A stretch of 37,929 nucleotides of DNA from Candidatus Hydrogenedentota bacterium (lineage in GTDB: Bacteria; Hydrogenedentota; Hydrogenedentia; Hydrogenedentales; GCA-2746185), in NCBI GenBank assembly GCA_046583315.1, contig JAYGCN010000209.1, forward strand, positions 1-37,929, written 5' to 3'. The notes under the pieces were generated by a model that saw only the letters and a list, made by a program, of their open reading frames with translations, was not told where the DNA came from and ran no database searches. Positions 1 through 9,102 of this stretch are shown here, piece by piece. Within the stretch, counting starts at the first letter, position 1. Every line of letters begins with the position of its first letter. Both the position numbers and the translations under genes were made by a program.

Positions 1-591
1 CCAGGATTCGGCGATCGCGGAAGCGGCATCTGCGTGGTCGAATCCGAATTGCTCGTATTCCAATTCGTGAAGTGGAATACCCTGTTCCCGCGCAGCGTTG
101 TACACGTCCGCATATTCGTCACGCATCTGTTTCCACAGGACCAGTTTGCCAATATCGTGCAACAATCCTGCGATGAAGTCTTCGCCTTGTAAGCTCAGCT
201 CCATGTGGGTAGCAATTTTTTTCGAATAGGAAGCGACCGTGGTTGAGTGGCTCCATAGCCCTTCGCGCACTAGCAAGTGTTCTGTCGCGGAATCGCGCAG
301 GGATTCTACAACCGAAATACCCACAACGATATTGCGAACTTCACGTACACCAAGGATGACCAGTGCCAGTTTCAGTGTGCCCACCACCTGACGCATCCCG
401 TAATACGGTGAGTTGCTGACCTTCAGCAATTTGGCGGTCAACGCCGGGTCTTTTTCGATGAGCGCACTTACCTCAGCCACCGAGACGTCGGGGTCTTCTG
501 TGAGTTTCATTACGCCAACAACCACATCCGGCATCGCAGGCAAATCGCCTATCTTCGCCACGACTTTTTCTACGTTGGATCGTTTGCTCAT
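1..591 (-). CDS. HDOD domain protein (partial, runs off window start)
   Basis: Not in the ORF track; translated by hand from ATG 591: MSKRSNVEKVVAKIGDLPAMPDVV...IEKDPALTAKLLKVSNSPYYG...FIAGLLHDIGKLVL...FDHA. These LPxxP, DPALTAKLL-NS and GLLHDIGK motifs are typical of HDOD. Confidence 0.9.
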   Translation of the reverse strand, partial: MSKRSNVEKVVAKIGDLPAMPDVVVGVMKLTEDPDVSVAEVSALIEKDPALTAKLLKVSNSPYYGMRQVVGTLKLALVILGVREVRNIVVGISVVESLRDSATEHLLVREGLWSHSTTVASYSKKIATHMELSLQGEDFIAGLLHDIGKLVLWKQMRDEYADVYNAAREQGIPLHELEYEQFGFDHADAASAIAESW

Positions 592-612
592 CTGTTATTT
601 TTCCCTGAAATA

Positions 613-1260
613 TTATGGTTGAGCTACGGCTTTTACTTCTAGTACGTAATCGCCAAAAGCACCCAGGATATTGATCCCCTCGGCTTGGCTTTTTTCTGGA
701 TGGAACTGGGTTCCGAACACGTTGCCACGACCCACCACGGCTGGAAACGATACACCGTAGGTCGATTCAGCATACACCACATCACTCGAACTCGGTACAG
801 GAAAATAACTGTGCACGAAATAGACATATGGGTCGACGGTTATATTCTTCAGGAGAGGGGATGGGCGATCGGTGAGCAGGTCAAGCCGATTCCAGCCCAT
901 GTGCGGAACTTTGAGGCCCGATTCGGAGTAATCCGGGAATCGAACTACATTTCCCGGTAGAATGCCCAAGCCCGGCGATCCTGCACCTTCGTCGCTGTGT
1001 TCAAAGAGCATCTGCATGCCTACGCAAATTCCAAGTAGCGGGGTGCCAGCCGATGTTGTGTTGAGGAGGGGCTTCACGAAACCGCGCTCGGAAAGCCCGT
1101 CAAAACAATCCTTGAACGCGCCAACTCCGGGCAGAATTATCCCGTCAGCGTCTTCCAATGCATCCGGCGAATCCGAAATGATTGCATCGTGGCCGCCTTT
1201 CTCAACGCCTTTCTGGGCGCTTCGAAGATTTCCCATGCCATAGTCTATGATTACAATCAT
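613..1260 (-). CDS. hisH: Imidazole glycerol phosphate synthase, glutaminase subunit
   Basis: IIDYGMGNLRS, LPGVGAF, GICVGMQ (catalytic Cys), YFVHSY, QFHPEKS. Confidence 0.97.
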   Translation of the reverse strand: MIVIIDYGMGNLRSAQKGVEKGGHDAIISDSPDALEDADGIILPGVGAFKDCFDGLSERGFVKPLLNTTSAGTPLLGICVGMQMLFEHSDEGAGSPGLGILPGNVVRFPDYSESGLKVPHMGWNRLDLLTDRPSPLLKNITVDPYVYFVHSYFPVPSSSDVVYAESTYGVSFPAVVGRGNVFGTQFHPEKSQAEGINILGAFGDYVLEVKAVAQP

Positions 1261-1271
1261 GTTCAGATACC

Positions 1272-1862
1272 CTAAGTTTCCAAAACACCTTTGGTGGATG
1301 GAATGCTTGTGTTGGATTCGTCAACTTCAAGTGCCTCAGCGAGTGCTCGTGCAACGGACTTAAAAATAACTTCCACGCTGTGGTGGACATTGGTCGCATA
1401 ACGCAAAATGACGTGCAACGTAATGCGGGCGTTCATGGCGAAGGCGCGCAGAAATTCCTCGGCGAGTTCGGCATCAAAATCTCCCAACGGCACTTTTGGA
1501 ATGTCGGCCCTGAATACCAGATAGGGGCGGCCGCTAAAATCGATGGCGGTTTCCGCGAGGGCTTCGTCCATGGGCACGACGGCATGCCCGAAACGGCGCA
1601 GGCCCACGGGTTCACCGATCGCTTGCAGGAATGCTTGTCCGAGACAGATGCCGACATCTTCAACGGTGTGGTGTCCATCAATTTGAAGATCACCCTTGGC
1701 TTTCACGTCAATGTCGAATTGGCCGTGTTTGGCCAAGTGCGTCAGCATGTGATCGAAGAATCCGATACCGGTATCGATATTGGACTCTCCTGTACCGTCC
1801 AGATTTACCGAGACGGATATACTGGTTTCATTGGTCGTTCTTTCGAGCGTTGCTTGTCGCAT
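1272..1862 (-). CDS. hisB: Imidazoleglycerol-phosphate dehydratase
   Basis: RTTNET, TGIGFFDHML, DGHHTVEDVGI, PMDEAL, NVHHSVE, PSTKGVL; ATG 1862 preferred over TTG 1865. Confidence 0.97.
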   Translation of the reverse strand: MRQATLERTTNETSISVSVNLDGTGESNIDTGIGFFDHMLTHLAKHGQFDIDVKAKGDLQIDGHHTVEDVGICLGQAFLQAIGEPVGLRRFGHAVVPMDEALAETAIDFSGRPYLVFRADIPKVPLGDFDAELAEEFLRAFAMNARITLHVILRYATNVHHSVEVIFKSVARALAEALEVDESNTSIPSTKGVLET

Positions 1863-1908
1863 CAATCAGCTTTCATGGTTGGATGGCCCAAAGACCTATC
1901 ACGAAGTG

Positions 1909-2634
1909 TTAACGCCCTAGAAACAGACGTTCGGCCAGAAAAGCAGGAAGTCCAGCATTGGTCACTTTCTCTGCTGCCTGTTTCACTGGGTAATTTATGC
2001 GCACTTGCTCAAATACCATGGTGTCTGTGTCGAGTAATCCGAATGCACAAAGAGGATTTCCATCACGAGGCTGGCCCACCGATCCCGGATTCACAAAAAA
2101 CATTTTGTCGCCACCGAGCTCAAAGCGATTGTCGTCGTCCAGACTATAGACCCCATCTTTGGAGAATACGCACGGATTGTGGGTATGCCCAAAAAAGCAC
2201 AGCCGAGATTCTTTGTTTTCAACATACGGTACGTGCGGAAGAATATCTTCCCACGCAAAAAGATAGGAGTTGCGATTTACGGGTGAACCGTGCACGGCCA
2301 GAAAGGGACCGATTTTCAAATTGTCCGGCAATCCGCGAAGCCACTCCAGGTTGTCAGGGCGCAACGCTTCACGGGTCCACATGGCTGCGGACAGGGCAAC
2401 GGGATTAAACCCCCAAGGCTCTTCCAGACCGCATGCCACGGCGTCGTGGTTGCCGCAGACGGTCGGGATATTTCGTTCACGCATGAGATCACAGCATTCA
2501 TTGGGATTGGCGTTATAGCCAACGATATCCCCAAGGTTAACGATCTGGTCCACGCCAATGGCATCGATGTAATCCAGAGCGGCAACGGTTGCCTCCAGAT
2601 TGGCATGGTTATCGGACATAATGGCGTATTTCAA
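1909..2634 (-). CDS. Calcineurin-like metallophosphoesterase
   Basis: SDNHAN, LGDIVGY, GNHD, HGSP, GHTH, NPGSVGQPRDG; start moved to TTG 2634 (MKYAIMSD), which has GGAG upstream. Confidence 0.9.
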   Translation of the reverse strand: MKYAIMSDNHANLEATVAALDYIDAIGVDQIVNLGDIVGYNANPNECCDLMRERNIPTVCGNHDAVACGLEEPWGFNPVALSAAMWTREALRPDNLEWLRGLPDNLKIGPFLAVHGSPVNRNSYLFAWEDILPHVPYVENKESRLCFFGHTHNPCVFSKDGVYSLDDDNRFELGGDKMFFVNPGSVGQPRDGNPLCAFGLLDTDTMVFEQVRINYPVKQAAEKVTNAGLPAFLAERLFLGR

Positions 2635-2790
2635 TGCCTGTTCTCCAAATTGGTAATGCAGGTTCGACGAGAAAGCCCCTGTAATTGGGTAATTTTCGCA
2701 TAAATACGGTGACCACCGCAATAAATTGCTCTACCCAGAATTACTACAAGCCCAATCTAGTACCTAGAACCGATTATCGCATATCTCACC

Positions 2791-3456
2791 TCAAGTTTCG
2801 TTCACTTCTTCGACTTTATTCTGCTCTGAGTTGGTAATGCTCACTGCGAGAAAGAGTTGCCCCAGATAATACAGTGGAAGTCCCCAAACATAGTCCGGAA
2901 ATTCGGTGTCCAGAAACTGACCGCGCGCGACCGAGATATCCGAAAAATAGAAGAATACGGCACCAATCACGATTGAACTTGTTCCAGAACGTGCTGTAGC
3001 TCCCACCGCGAGCATTACCATGATCGTTATGACCATAATATAGGCAGCAATGGGAATCTTCATGTCTGCGCCAACCGAGGGGAATATGCCAGACATAATC
3101 CACGTAATTAGCGGAATAATGACCACTAAACTTCCCAAGGCCCAGTTCCAACGGACACCGTGTAGAAAAAAGGCGACGCTATAGAGGACATGCGCAGTCA
3201 AAAAGCTGACCAGTCCAAGCAGGAAGAACAGGTCTCCGCCCTTAATTAAGAAGGCATCCCCCCACCAGGAAAAACACAGCCCGGCCAGAATCAGCTTTCC
3301 GTAGCGACTGTCTTTTGCACCTGCACTCCACGCGGTCATGATGAAGCAGGTTGATGCGATCTGCTTGAAGATGCCCGCATACATGCCCAAGCCGTTTAGT
3401 TGTCCCAGAACCAGTGCCGCTGCAAATACGCAACACGCCGCAAACCATTTATACAC
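2791..3456 (-). CDS. YhhN-family membrane protein (lysoplasmalogenase-like)
   Basis: Multi-TM protein with FSWWGDAFL, FLLGLVSFLTAHVLY, GAVFFYFSD, LYYLGQ motifs. Confidence 0.85.
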   Translation of the reverse strand: MYKWFAACCVFAAALVLGQLNGLGMYAGIFKQIASTCFIMTAWSAGAKDSRYGKLILAGLCFSWWGDAFLIKGGDLFFLLGLVSFLTAHVLYSVAFFLHGVRWNWALGSLVVIIPLITWIMSGIFPSVGADMKIPIAAYIMVITIMVMLAVGATARSGTSSIVIGAVFFYFSDISVARGQFLDTEFPDYVWGLPLYYLGQLFLAVSITNSEQNKVEEVNET

Positions 3457-3488
3457 GTTTCATCTCCGTTCAAGAATGAACTGTCAAG

Positions 3489-4067
3489 TTAATCCAACAC
3501 GCCGTAATCAACCGCTTGGTGATTTCCATCTTCAAATTTTCGTGCCAGCATAAACAAGGTGTCGCTCAGGCGATTCACGAAGGGCAGAATGACAGTGAGA
3601 TCAAACTCTGGAATCGATTCTTTTAATGCAACGATACTTCGTTCGAGTTGACGGACATCGGTGCACAGAATGTCACATTCAGCAGCGAGATTCGTTGACG
3701 CGGCCACAATAAAAAACTTCGGCAAGGGAACATCCTTCTCAAGATCGGCTTGAAAGGCCTCGAGACGATCAAGGCTCTCCTTGCTGAGATCGCGATTCCG
3801 ATATTCGGGATGTTTATTCATGGGGTCGTTGCAGTGGGACCCTATCACGAAATAGGTATGCAATAACCAAAACAGGAAATCTGCTATCGGCACGGTATCT
3901 TCGCGATTGGCATCGAGCAAATGCAATCGGAGGGAAGCGGTCCGTGCGCGAACAGTATCCAAGTTTCCGCAGGCTTCGAAAATGGGGTGCGCTTTCGAAT
4001 AGCGATCGCCGCTCATGGCCCGACTTTCACCATCGTCGCCGCGTTTTGTTGTGACTTGTGAACTCAT
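3489..4067 (-). CDS. PduO-type ATP:cob(I)alamin adenosyltransferase (divergent)
   Basis: VTTKRGDDGES (TxxGDxG), EACGNLD, VNRLSDTLFMLAR; ATG 4067 lies just after the xth stop. Confidence 0.8.
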   Translation of the reverse strand: MSSQVTTKRGDDGESRAMSGDRYSKAHPIFEACGNLDTVRARTASLRLHLLDANREDTVPIADFLFWLLHTYFVIGSHCNDPMNKHPEYRNRDLSKESLDRLEAFQADLEKDVPLPKFFIVAASTNLAAECDILCTDVRQLERSIVALKESIPEFDLTVILPFVNRLSDTLFMLARKFEDGNHQAVDYGVLD

Positions 4068-4069
4068 TC

Positions 4070-4840
4070 TTAACCTTTTATGGTCACCGCGAGTGGGCAA
4101 TGATCCGAGCCCATCACGTCGCTATAGATAACAGAGTATTTCACTCTATCAATGAAATCCTTATTGACGCAATGGTAATCAATCCGCCACCCGACGTTGT
4201 TCGCGCGGGCGTTGGCGCGGTAGGACCACCACGTATAATGACCGGGATCGGGATTAAAATGCCGGAACGTGTCAATGTATCCGGCTTTGAGGAACTTGGT
4301 CATGGCCTCACGCTCTTCGGGAAGATAACCGGGGCTTTCCTGATTGTTCTTGGGACGCGCCAGGTCTATCTCCGTGTGCGCAATGTTGTAGTCGCCGCAG
4401 AGAATCACATTCTGACCGGATTTGACGAGTTTGTTGCAGAAGCGTTTGATGGAATCACAAAATTTCAGTTTGTATTCGATACGTTTACGTTCTGGCTGAC
4501 TATTCGGGAAATAGCAGTTCACCACCGTGAAATTCTTGAACTCGATGGCTTGCACCCGGCCTTCATCATCGAATTCTTTCTTGCCAAGGGTCTTTACAGA
4601 AAGTGGCTCCTGCTTGGTATACGTAGCCACCCCGCTGTACCCTTTCTTTTGCGCAGGATTCCAGATGGAGGTATAACCTTTCGGTTCGCGCTGGGCATCG
4701 GTGAGGTCCGACGGCAGCACACGGCTTTCCTGTAAGCACACAATGTCAGGCTGAGCCTCTTCCATCCATTCGGAAAACCCCTTTTTCAGTACGGCGCGCA
4801 ACCCGTTCACATTCCACGATACAAGCGTTGTATTCGGCAT
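4070..4840 (-). CDS. xth: Exodeoxyribonuclease III / AP endonuclease
   Basis: SWNVNGLRA, CLQE, KGYSGVA, EGR, GDYNIAH, YTWWSYR, GWRIDY, GSDHCP. Confidence 0.96.
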   Translation of the reverse strand: MPNTTLVSWNVNGLRAVLKKGFSEWMEEAQPDIVCLQESRVLPSDLTDAQREPKGYTSIWNPAQKKGYSGVATYTKQEPLSVKTLGKKEFDDEGRVQAIEFKNFTVVNCYFPNSQPERKRIEYKLKFCDSIKRFCNKLVKSGQNVILCGDYNIAHTEIDLARPKNNQESPGYLPEEREAMTKFLKAGYIDTFRHFNPDPGHYTWWSYRANARANNVGWRIDYHCVNKDFIDRVKYSVIYSDVMGSDHCPLAVTIKG

Positions 4841-4961
4841 AGATTCCCCCTGGATTCACAACTATTAAGTGATAGCGCACCATAGTATCGCGTCACCCGT
4901 TTTGGATTCAAACGGAGTTTATGCGGTACACTCTCTCCAATCGAATGAAGGAGGTTTATTT

Positions 4962-6062
4962 GTGGGTACAACGGTGCGGGCCATAATCGAATCAATGGAG
5001 TCGTGGGCACCTTCCGGACTCGCGTATTCGTGGGACAAGATCGGCTTGACCACGGGCGCAATGGAACAATCGGTATCGAAGGTTCTGACGGCACTGACGA
5101 TTAACAGGGATACCTTGAAAGCGGCGCGTCGGGCCAAAGTGGAACTGATCGTGGCTCACCATCCCCTTATTTGGGAGCCTGTTAGCACCCTGCGTCGTGA
5201 CGATCCGAAACCAGCATTTTATTGCGAAATCGTGGAGTCGGGTATAGCGACCTACGCGGCCCATACAAATCTCGATGTCGCTGAAGGAGGCGTGAACCAT
5301 ATTCTGGCCAATCGTCTTGATCTCACGAATCTCTCCCCATTGTTCCCGGTACCCCAAGCCAATTTGCTCAAATTGAGCGTTTTTGTGCCGGGATCTCACC
5401 TCACTGCGATTCAACAGGCCACGGCCGATGCGGGCGCAGGAGTTATTGGAGAGTACACGCACTGCGGATTTCATAGCGAAGGTACCGGCACGTTTAAGCC
5501 GGGAGATGCCGCGTCTCCATACACGGGCAAACGCAGAATCCTAAACTCCGAACCGGAAGTGCGTTTCGAGACGACCGTATCGCCGAGTGTCGTCAACGAG
5601 GTGCTCAGCGCCATGCGGACTGCGCATCCTTACGAAGAAGTCGCTTACGATCTGGTGCAGCTTGAGAATACGGATAATCGATACGCACTCGGACTCATCG
5701 GGCAGCTCCCGAAAACACTAACGCTTGATACCTTCGCAGGTCGCGTGAAGAAGAGTCTTAAAATAGAACACGTTCGCGTTACCGGAAAAGGTAAGGCGAA
5801 GGTGAAAAAGATCGCGGTCATGGGGGGTGCGGGTGGCGACAGTGCGCCGCGTGTACCTTCAGATGTAGATGTTTTTGTAACCGGAGATATTAAGTATCAC
5901 GATGCGCTTGATGCTTACGATGCCGGATTGAATCTTATTGATGCGGGACATCACGGCACGGAAAAATGGATCGTGCCTGCGATTCGCGATCACCTGAAGA
6001 AGACCTGCCCCGGCGTGAAGGTTTCAGCGTTTATGGAGGCAGACCCCTTCCGGGTCCTATAA
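4962..6062 (+). CDS. Nif3-like dinuclear metal centre hexameric protein (YqfO type, with PII-like insert)
   Basis: WDKIGL, AHHPLIW, AHTNLD, central GAGVIGEY...HPYEEVAYD insert, TGDIKYH, DAGHHGTE; GTG 4962 preceded by AAGGAGG. Confidence 0.92.
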   Translation: MGTTVRAIIESMESWAPSGLAYSWDKIGLTTGAMEQSVSKVLTALTINRDTLKAARRAKVELIVAHHPLIWEPVSTLRRDDPKPAFYCEIVESGIATYAAHTNLDVAEGGVNHILANRLDLTNLSPLFPVPQANLLKLSVFVPGSHLTAIQQATADAGAGVIGEYTHCGFHSEGTGTFKPGDAASPYTGKRRILNSEPEVRFETTVSPSVVNEVLSAMRTAHPYEEVAYDLVQLENTDNRYALGLIGQLPKTLTLDTFAGRVKKSLKIEHVRVTGKGKAKVKKIAVMGGAGGDSAPRVPSDVDVFVTGDIKYHDALDAYDAGLNLIDAGHHGTEKWIVPAIRDHLKKTCPGVKVSAFMEADPFRVL

Positions 6063-6557
6063 ATGTCGGTGAGCACACAAGAATTAGCGCTGGAAACGAC
6101 GGCTCCTGAACAGACCCAAGCGATCGGTCGTGCGCTGGCGGATTTTCTGATGCCTGGAACGGTGGTTGCCTTATTCGGCAATCTCGCCACTGGCAAGACT
6201 TGTTTTGTTCATGGCGTTGGGGAAGGCTTCGGCGTCGCAGAACCGGTGAATAGTCCAACCTTTACGCTTGTGAATGAGTACCACGGCACGCATACCATCT
6301 ACCATCTCGATCTGTATCGCTTGACCACGGCCGCGGAGTTATACGATTTGGGATACGAAGATATCCTGGATGCGCCGGATGCAATTTGTCTCATCGAATG
6401 GGCAGAACGGGCCAGAACGGTATTGCCGAAACAGCATGTTCGCGTCAGGTTGGAGCATGCTGGTGAGGACGCGCGAAAAATTACCGTAGAGGACGATGGG
6501 GTGCTGTCAGCGGGTTGGCAAGATGCGATTCGACGCGCGCTGGATCAGGCGAGTTGA
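6063..6557 (+). CDS. tsaE: tRNA threonylcarbamoyladenosine biosynthesis ATPase
   Basis: GNLATGKT P-loop, VNSPTFTLVNEY, HLDLYRL, IEWAE; directly abuts the Nif3 gene. Confidence 0.95.
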   Translation: MSVSTQELALETTAPEQTQAIGRALADFLMPGTVVALFGNLATGKTCFVHGVGEGFGVAEPVNSPTFTLVNEYHGTHTIYHLDLYRLTTAAELYDLGYEDILDAPDAICLIEWAERARTVLPKQHVRVRLEHAGEDARKITVEDDGVLSAGWQDAIRRALDQAS

Positions 6558-8818
6558 ACAGCCTTAAGGGCATCAATTACCTCCGCAGCAGTCTGGTAGC
6601 GCGCATTCGGATCTTTTTGAATGCATTTATAGGCGAGATCCGCGAGTCCGACTGGAATGCCCGGTACTAACTCGTCTAATCGGGGCGGCATCTCTTTGAC
6701 CTGTCGCTGCATCACGTCACCATCGGCGAAGACCACCTTTCCGGTCATCATTTCGTACAACACGAGTCCCATCGCATAGATATCCGTGCGTCCGTCGACT
6801 TCTTTACCCGTTGCGAGTTCGGGAGACATGCACGACGGCGTGCCCATGATCATATTGGCTTGTGTGATACGATTCGTGTCGGCTTTCGCCAGCCCGAAAT
6901 CCATCAGCTTCACGATACCATCGGACGCGACTACAATATTGTCCGGCTTGATGTCGCGATGCACAATTCCCACGGCGTGGATGGCCCCAAGGGCTGAACA
7001 CGCCTGCCCCATGATCGCGATAGCGTCACGGGGGCCGAGTACACCCTTCTTCTGAACGTACTGGTACAAATTATCGCCCTCGACGTACTCCATCGCAATA
7101 TAGGCTTTCCCGTCTGATGCCGAGATATCGAAAATCGCTACGATATTGGGATGCGTTATTTTTGCGGCGGTCTGGGCTTCACGAATAAACCGTTTGCGGT
7201 ATTCGTCCGAGTTGTCCACGAGATTACCAAGGAATTTCAGTGCGACCTGTCGATCAAGCTGTTTGTCGCGCGCGCGATAGACCACGCCCATTCCCCCACG
7301 CCCCAGTTCGGTCTGAATGTCGTAGCGTTCTTTTAGGGTGTTCGCGACCATGTTCATCGCATCGGGTCCAGGCGTATTGTGCATAACCCGACTGTGCATG
7401 CCCGACTCGGACTCGATGATCGATATACGCGAATCGATGCTGGAGATGCGCGTATCCAGATCACGATACTTCGCACTCACGGAGCTTATCTTGAGGAGTA
7501 GATCTTTGGATTTCTTCAGTTGCCCGAGCTGCTCCCACGCGAGTGCCAGCATGTAAAAATAGTCCATGTTTTTTTGGTCGATCCGCTGATTCAAGAGGTG
7601 ATTGTCCAGCGTCGCCGCGCTATGCGCGTAGTCGTGCATCTCATAGAAGCAGCGACCAAGGATGCCCCGGGAGAAATCGAAATTCTTGTCCGTCTCAGGA
7701 ACCTTCTGCAAGGCCTCGATGGCCTTGTCGAAACGTTTCGCGGCCGCGTAGGAATGCCCAGCGCGGGTAAAAGCCCCAGCCTTTTCATAGAATTCCCCGG
7801 CACGAACGGGTTCATTGCACTTTACGAAACAATCCGCTGATTTTTCGTATTCCCCACCACCCGCATAGGCCATTGCGGCCTCTTTCCATTGTTCCTGTTT
7901 TTCGAAAAAGCGACCGCTCAGAAGCGATGCATCTTTCTCCCGTCCTGCAGCCTTCATGCACACCGCGGCTTTTTCAAAGTCTCCGGCCATCACATAGATT
8001 TCACCGGCTCGACTGACATCCCCCGCTTCGCGAAACAATTCGGCTGCTTCCATAAAACGTTTGGCGTGCTCCAACACGCCCGCAACGTAGGCCGATAACA
8101 CGAGGCGATCATCATCGGTCACATTTTTGCCGAGTTTCTCGTCGCGCAACAAGCTCAGGCAGGATTCGGCCGCTTGGAGTTGAAGCTCTTGACTGTTTCT
8201 CGGGCCTGAAAAATAGTTGATAAATTGTTCCACCGCCAGCTTGGGTTTCTTGGCTTGAACGTAGGCGTCCGCCGCCAAGGCAGAGTGCCCCCCTTTGACG
8301 AAGGCTTTGGCGGCCTTTGCAAACTTCATGTGTTGCATGTAAAAGAGACCAGCGGTCTCGTAGTCCCCGGCTTTCTGGAGTAATTTTGCGGCCTGTGCAC
8401 TCTTGCCCGTCTGGGCGAGCTGCATGCCGGCCTCTTTATACATTTTCGCTTTGAGATAATACTGCGCCGCGTCAGCGGGAGAGTTCGCCTCCGCGTAGAG
8501 CTTGCCAAGCTGATCCCATTGTTTGCCTTTTTTGAGCTGATCCGAATTGGCCTTCAATAATCCCAGGGCGTGCTGGGTGTCATTGAAATTGGTGTCTTTG
8601 CTGAGTAAGGCGTCGATGTCTGCTGAGTCCGCCAGTGCCGTTGAACCTGACTTGAACCTGAGTTTACGATAGCACCACTTCAAAAAGAGGTAGATGACAA
8701 AAAGTACCAGGGCAAGATTTACGAGCCTCACCCAACCGATCGGCGCAATACCCGCTAATCCAAGCGGAATTTCTGCAATTCGCAATACGGGTTCCAACAC
8801 TTTAATGAGCTTGTCCAA
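6545..8818 (-). CDS. Membrane-anchored Hanks-type Ser/Thr protein kinase with helical (TPR-like) repeats
   Basis: N-terminal hydrophobic segment (about aa 15-48), 13-aa helical repeats, C-terminal kinase with LGRGGMGVVY, VALK, HRDIKPDN, DFG, GTPSCMSPE, DIYAMG. Confidence 0.92.
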   Translation of the reverse strand: MDKLIKVLEPVLRIAEIPLGLAGIAPIGWVRLVNLALVLFVIYLFLKWCYRKLRFKSGSTALADSADIDALLSKDTNFNDTQHALGLLKANSDQLKKGKQWDQLGKLYAEANSPADAAQYYLKAKMYKEAGMQLAQTGKSAQAAKLLQKAGDYETAGLFYMQHMKFAKAAKAFVKGGHSALAADAYVQAKKPKLAVEQFINYFSGPRNSQELQLQAAESCLSLLRDEKLGKNVTDDDRLVLSAYVAGVLEHAKRFMEAAELFREAGDVSRAGEIYVMAGDFEKAAVCMKAAGREKDASLLSGRFFEKQEQWKEAAMAYAGGGEYEKSADCFVKCNEPVRAGEFYEKAGAFTRAGHSYAAAKRFDKAIEALQKVPETDKNFDFSRGILGRCFYEMHDYAHSAATLDNHLLNQRIDQKNMDYFYMLALAWEQLGQLKKSKDLLLKISSVSAKYRDLDTRISSIDSRISIIESESGMHSRVMHNTPGPDAMNMVANTLKERYDIQTELGRGGMGVVYRARDKQLDRQVALKFLGNLVDNSDEYRKRFIREAQTAAKITHPNIVAIFDISASDGKAYIAMEYVEGDNLYQYVQKKGVLGPRDAIAIMGQACSALGAIHAVGIVHRDIKPDNIVVASDGIVKLMDFGLAKADTNRITQANMIMGTPSCMSPELATGKEVDGRTDIYAMGLVLYEMMTGKVVFADGDVMQRQVKEMPPRLDELVPGIPVGLADLAYKCIQKDPNARYQTAAEVIDALKAVQLA

Positions 8819-9017
8819 AATCAGTATCCTTCATTCGTTCGGGTATTTTTGCAGTGTAGCATAGTTCGCATTTCTTATATATTCGGACGATTTCGCACCC
8901 TATTGCCAGTTAAGCAACGGATAAGCGTACACGAATGTACATGGTGCCCGGGTATGTACAATAATGTGGACGTATCACGTGATTCGAAAAATCACAAAAT
9001 TAATATAACCCCATTGC

Positions 9018-9063
9018 TTTCAGTATGTTAGGGAAATTGTAAGGTTTCTGGTACGTTTTATGC
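9018..9063 (+). promoter_or_regulatory. Putative sigma54 (-24/-12) promoter with upstream IHF-like site
   Basis: TGGTACGTTTTATGC at 9049-9063 (GG 9050-51, N10, GC 9062-63); TTTCAGTATGTTA at 9018-9030 resembles the IHF consensus WATCAAN4TTR. Confidence 0.6.
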
Positions 9064-9102
9064 CGTACTCTGGAAAGTTCAATATTTCCGAAGGAGCAAA
9101 GC

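Noticed and set aside
1380..2408. 342-aa plus-strand ORF
   Set aside because: Antisense shadow of hisB and the phosphoesterase; no motifs
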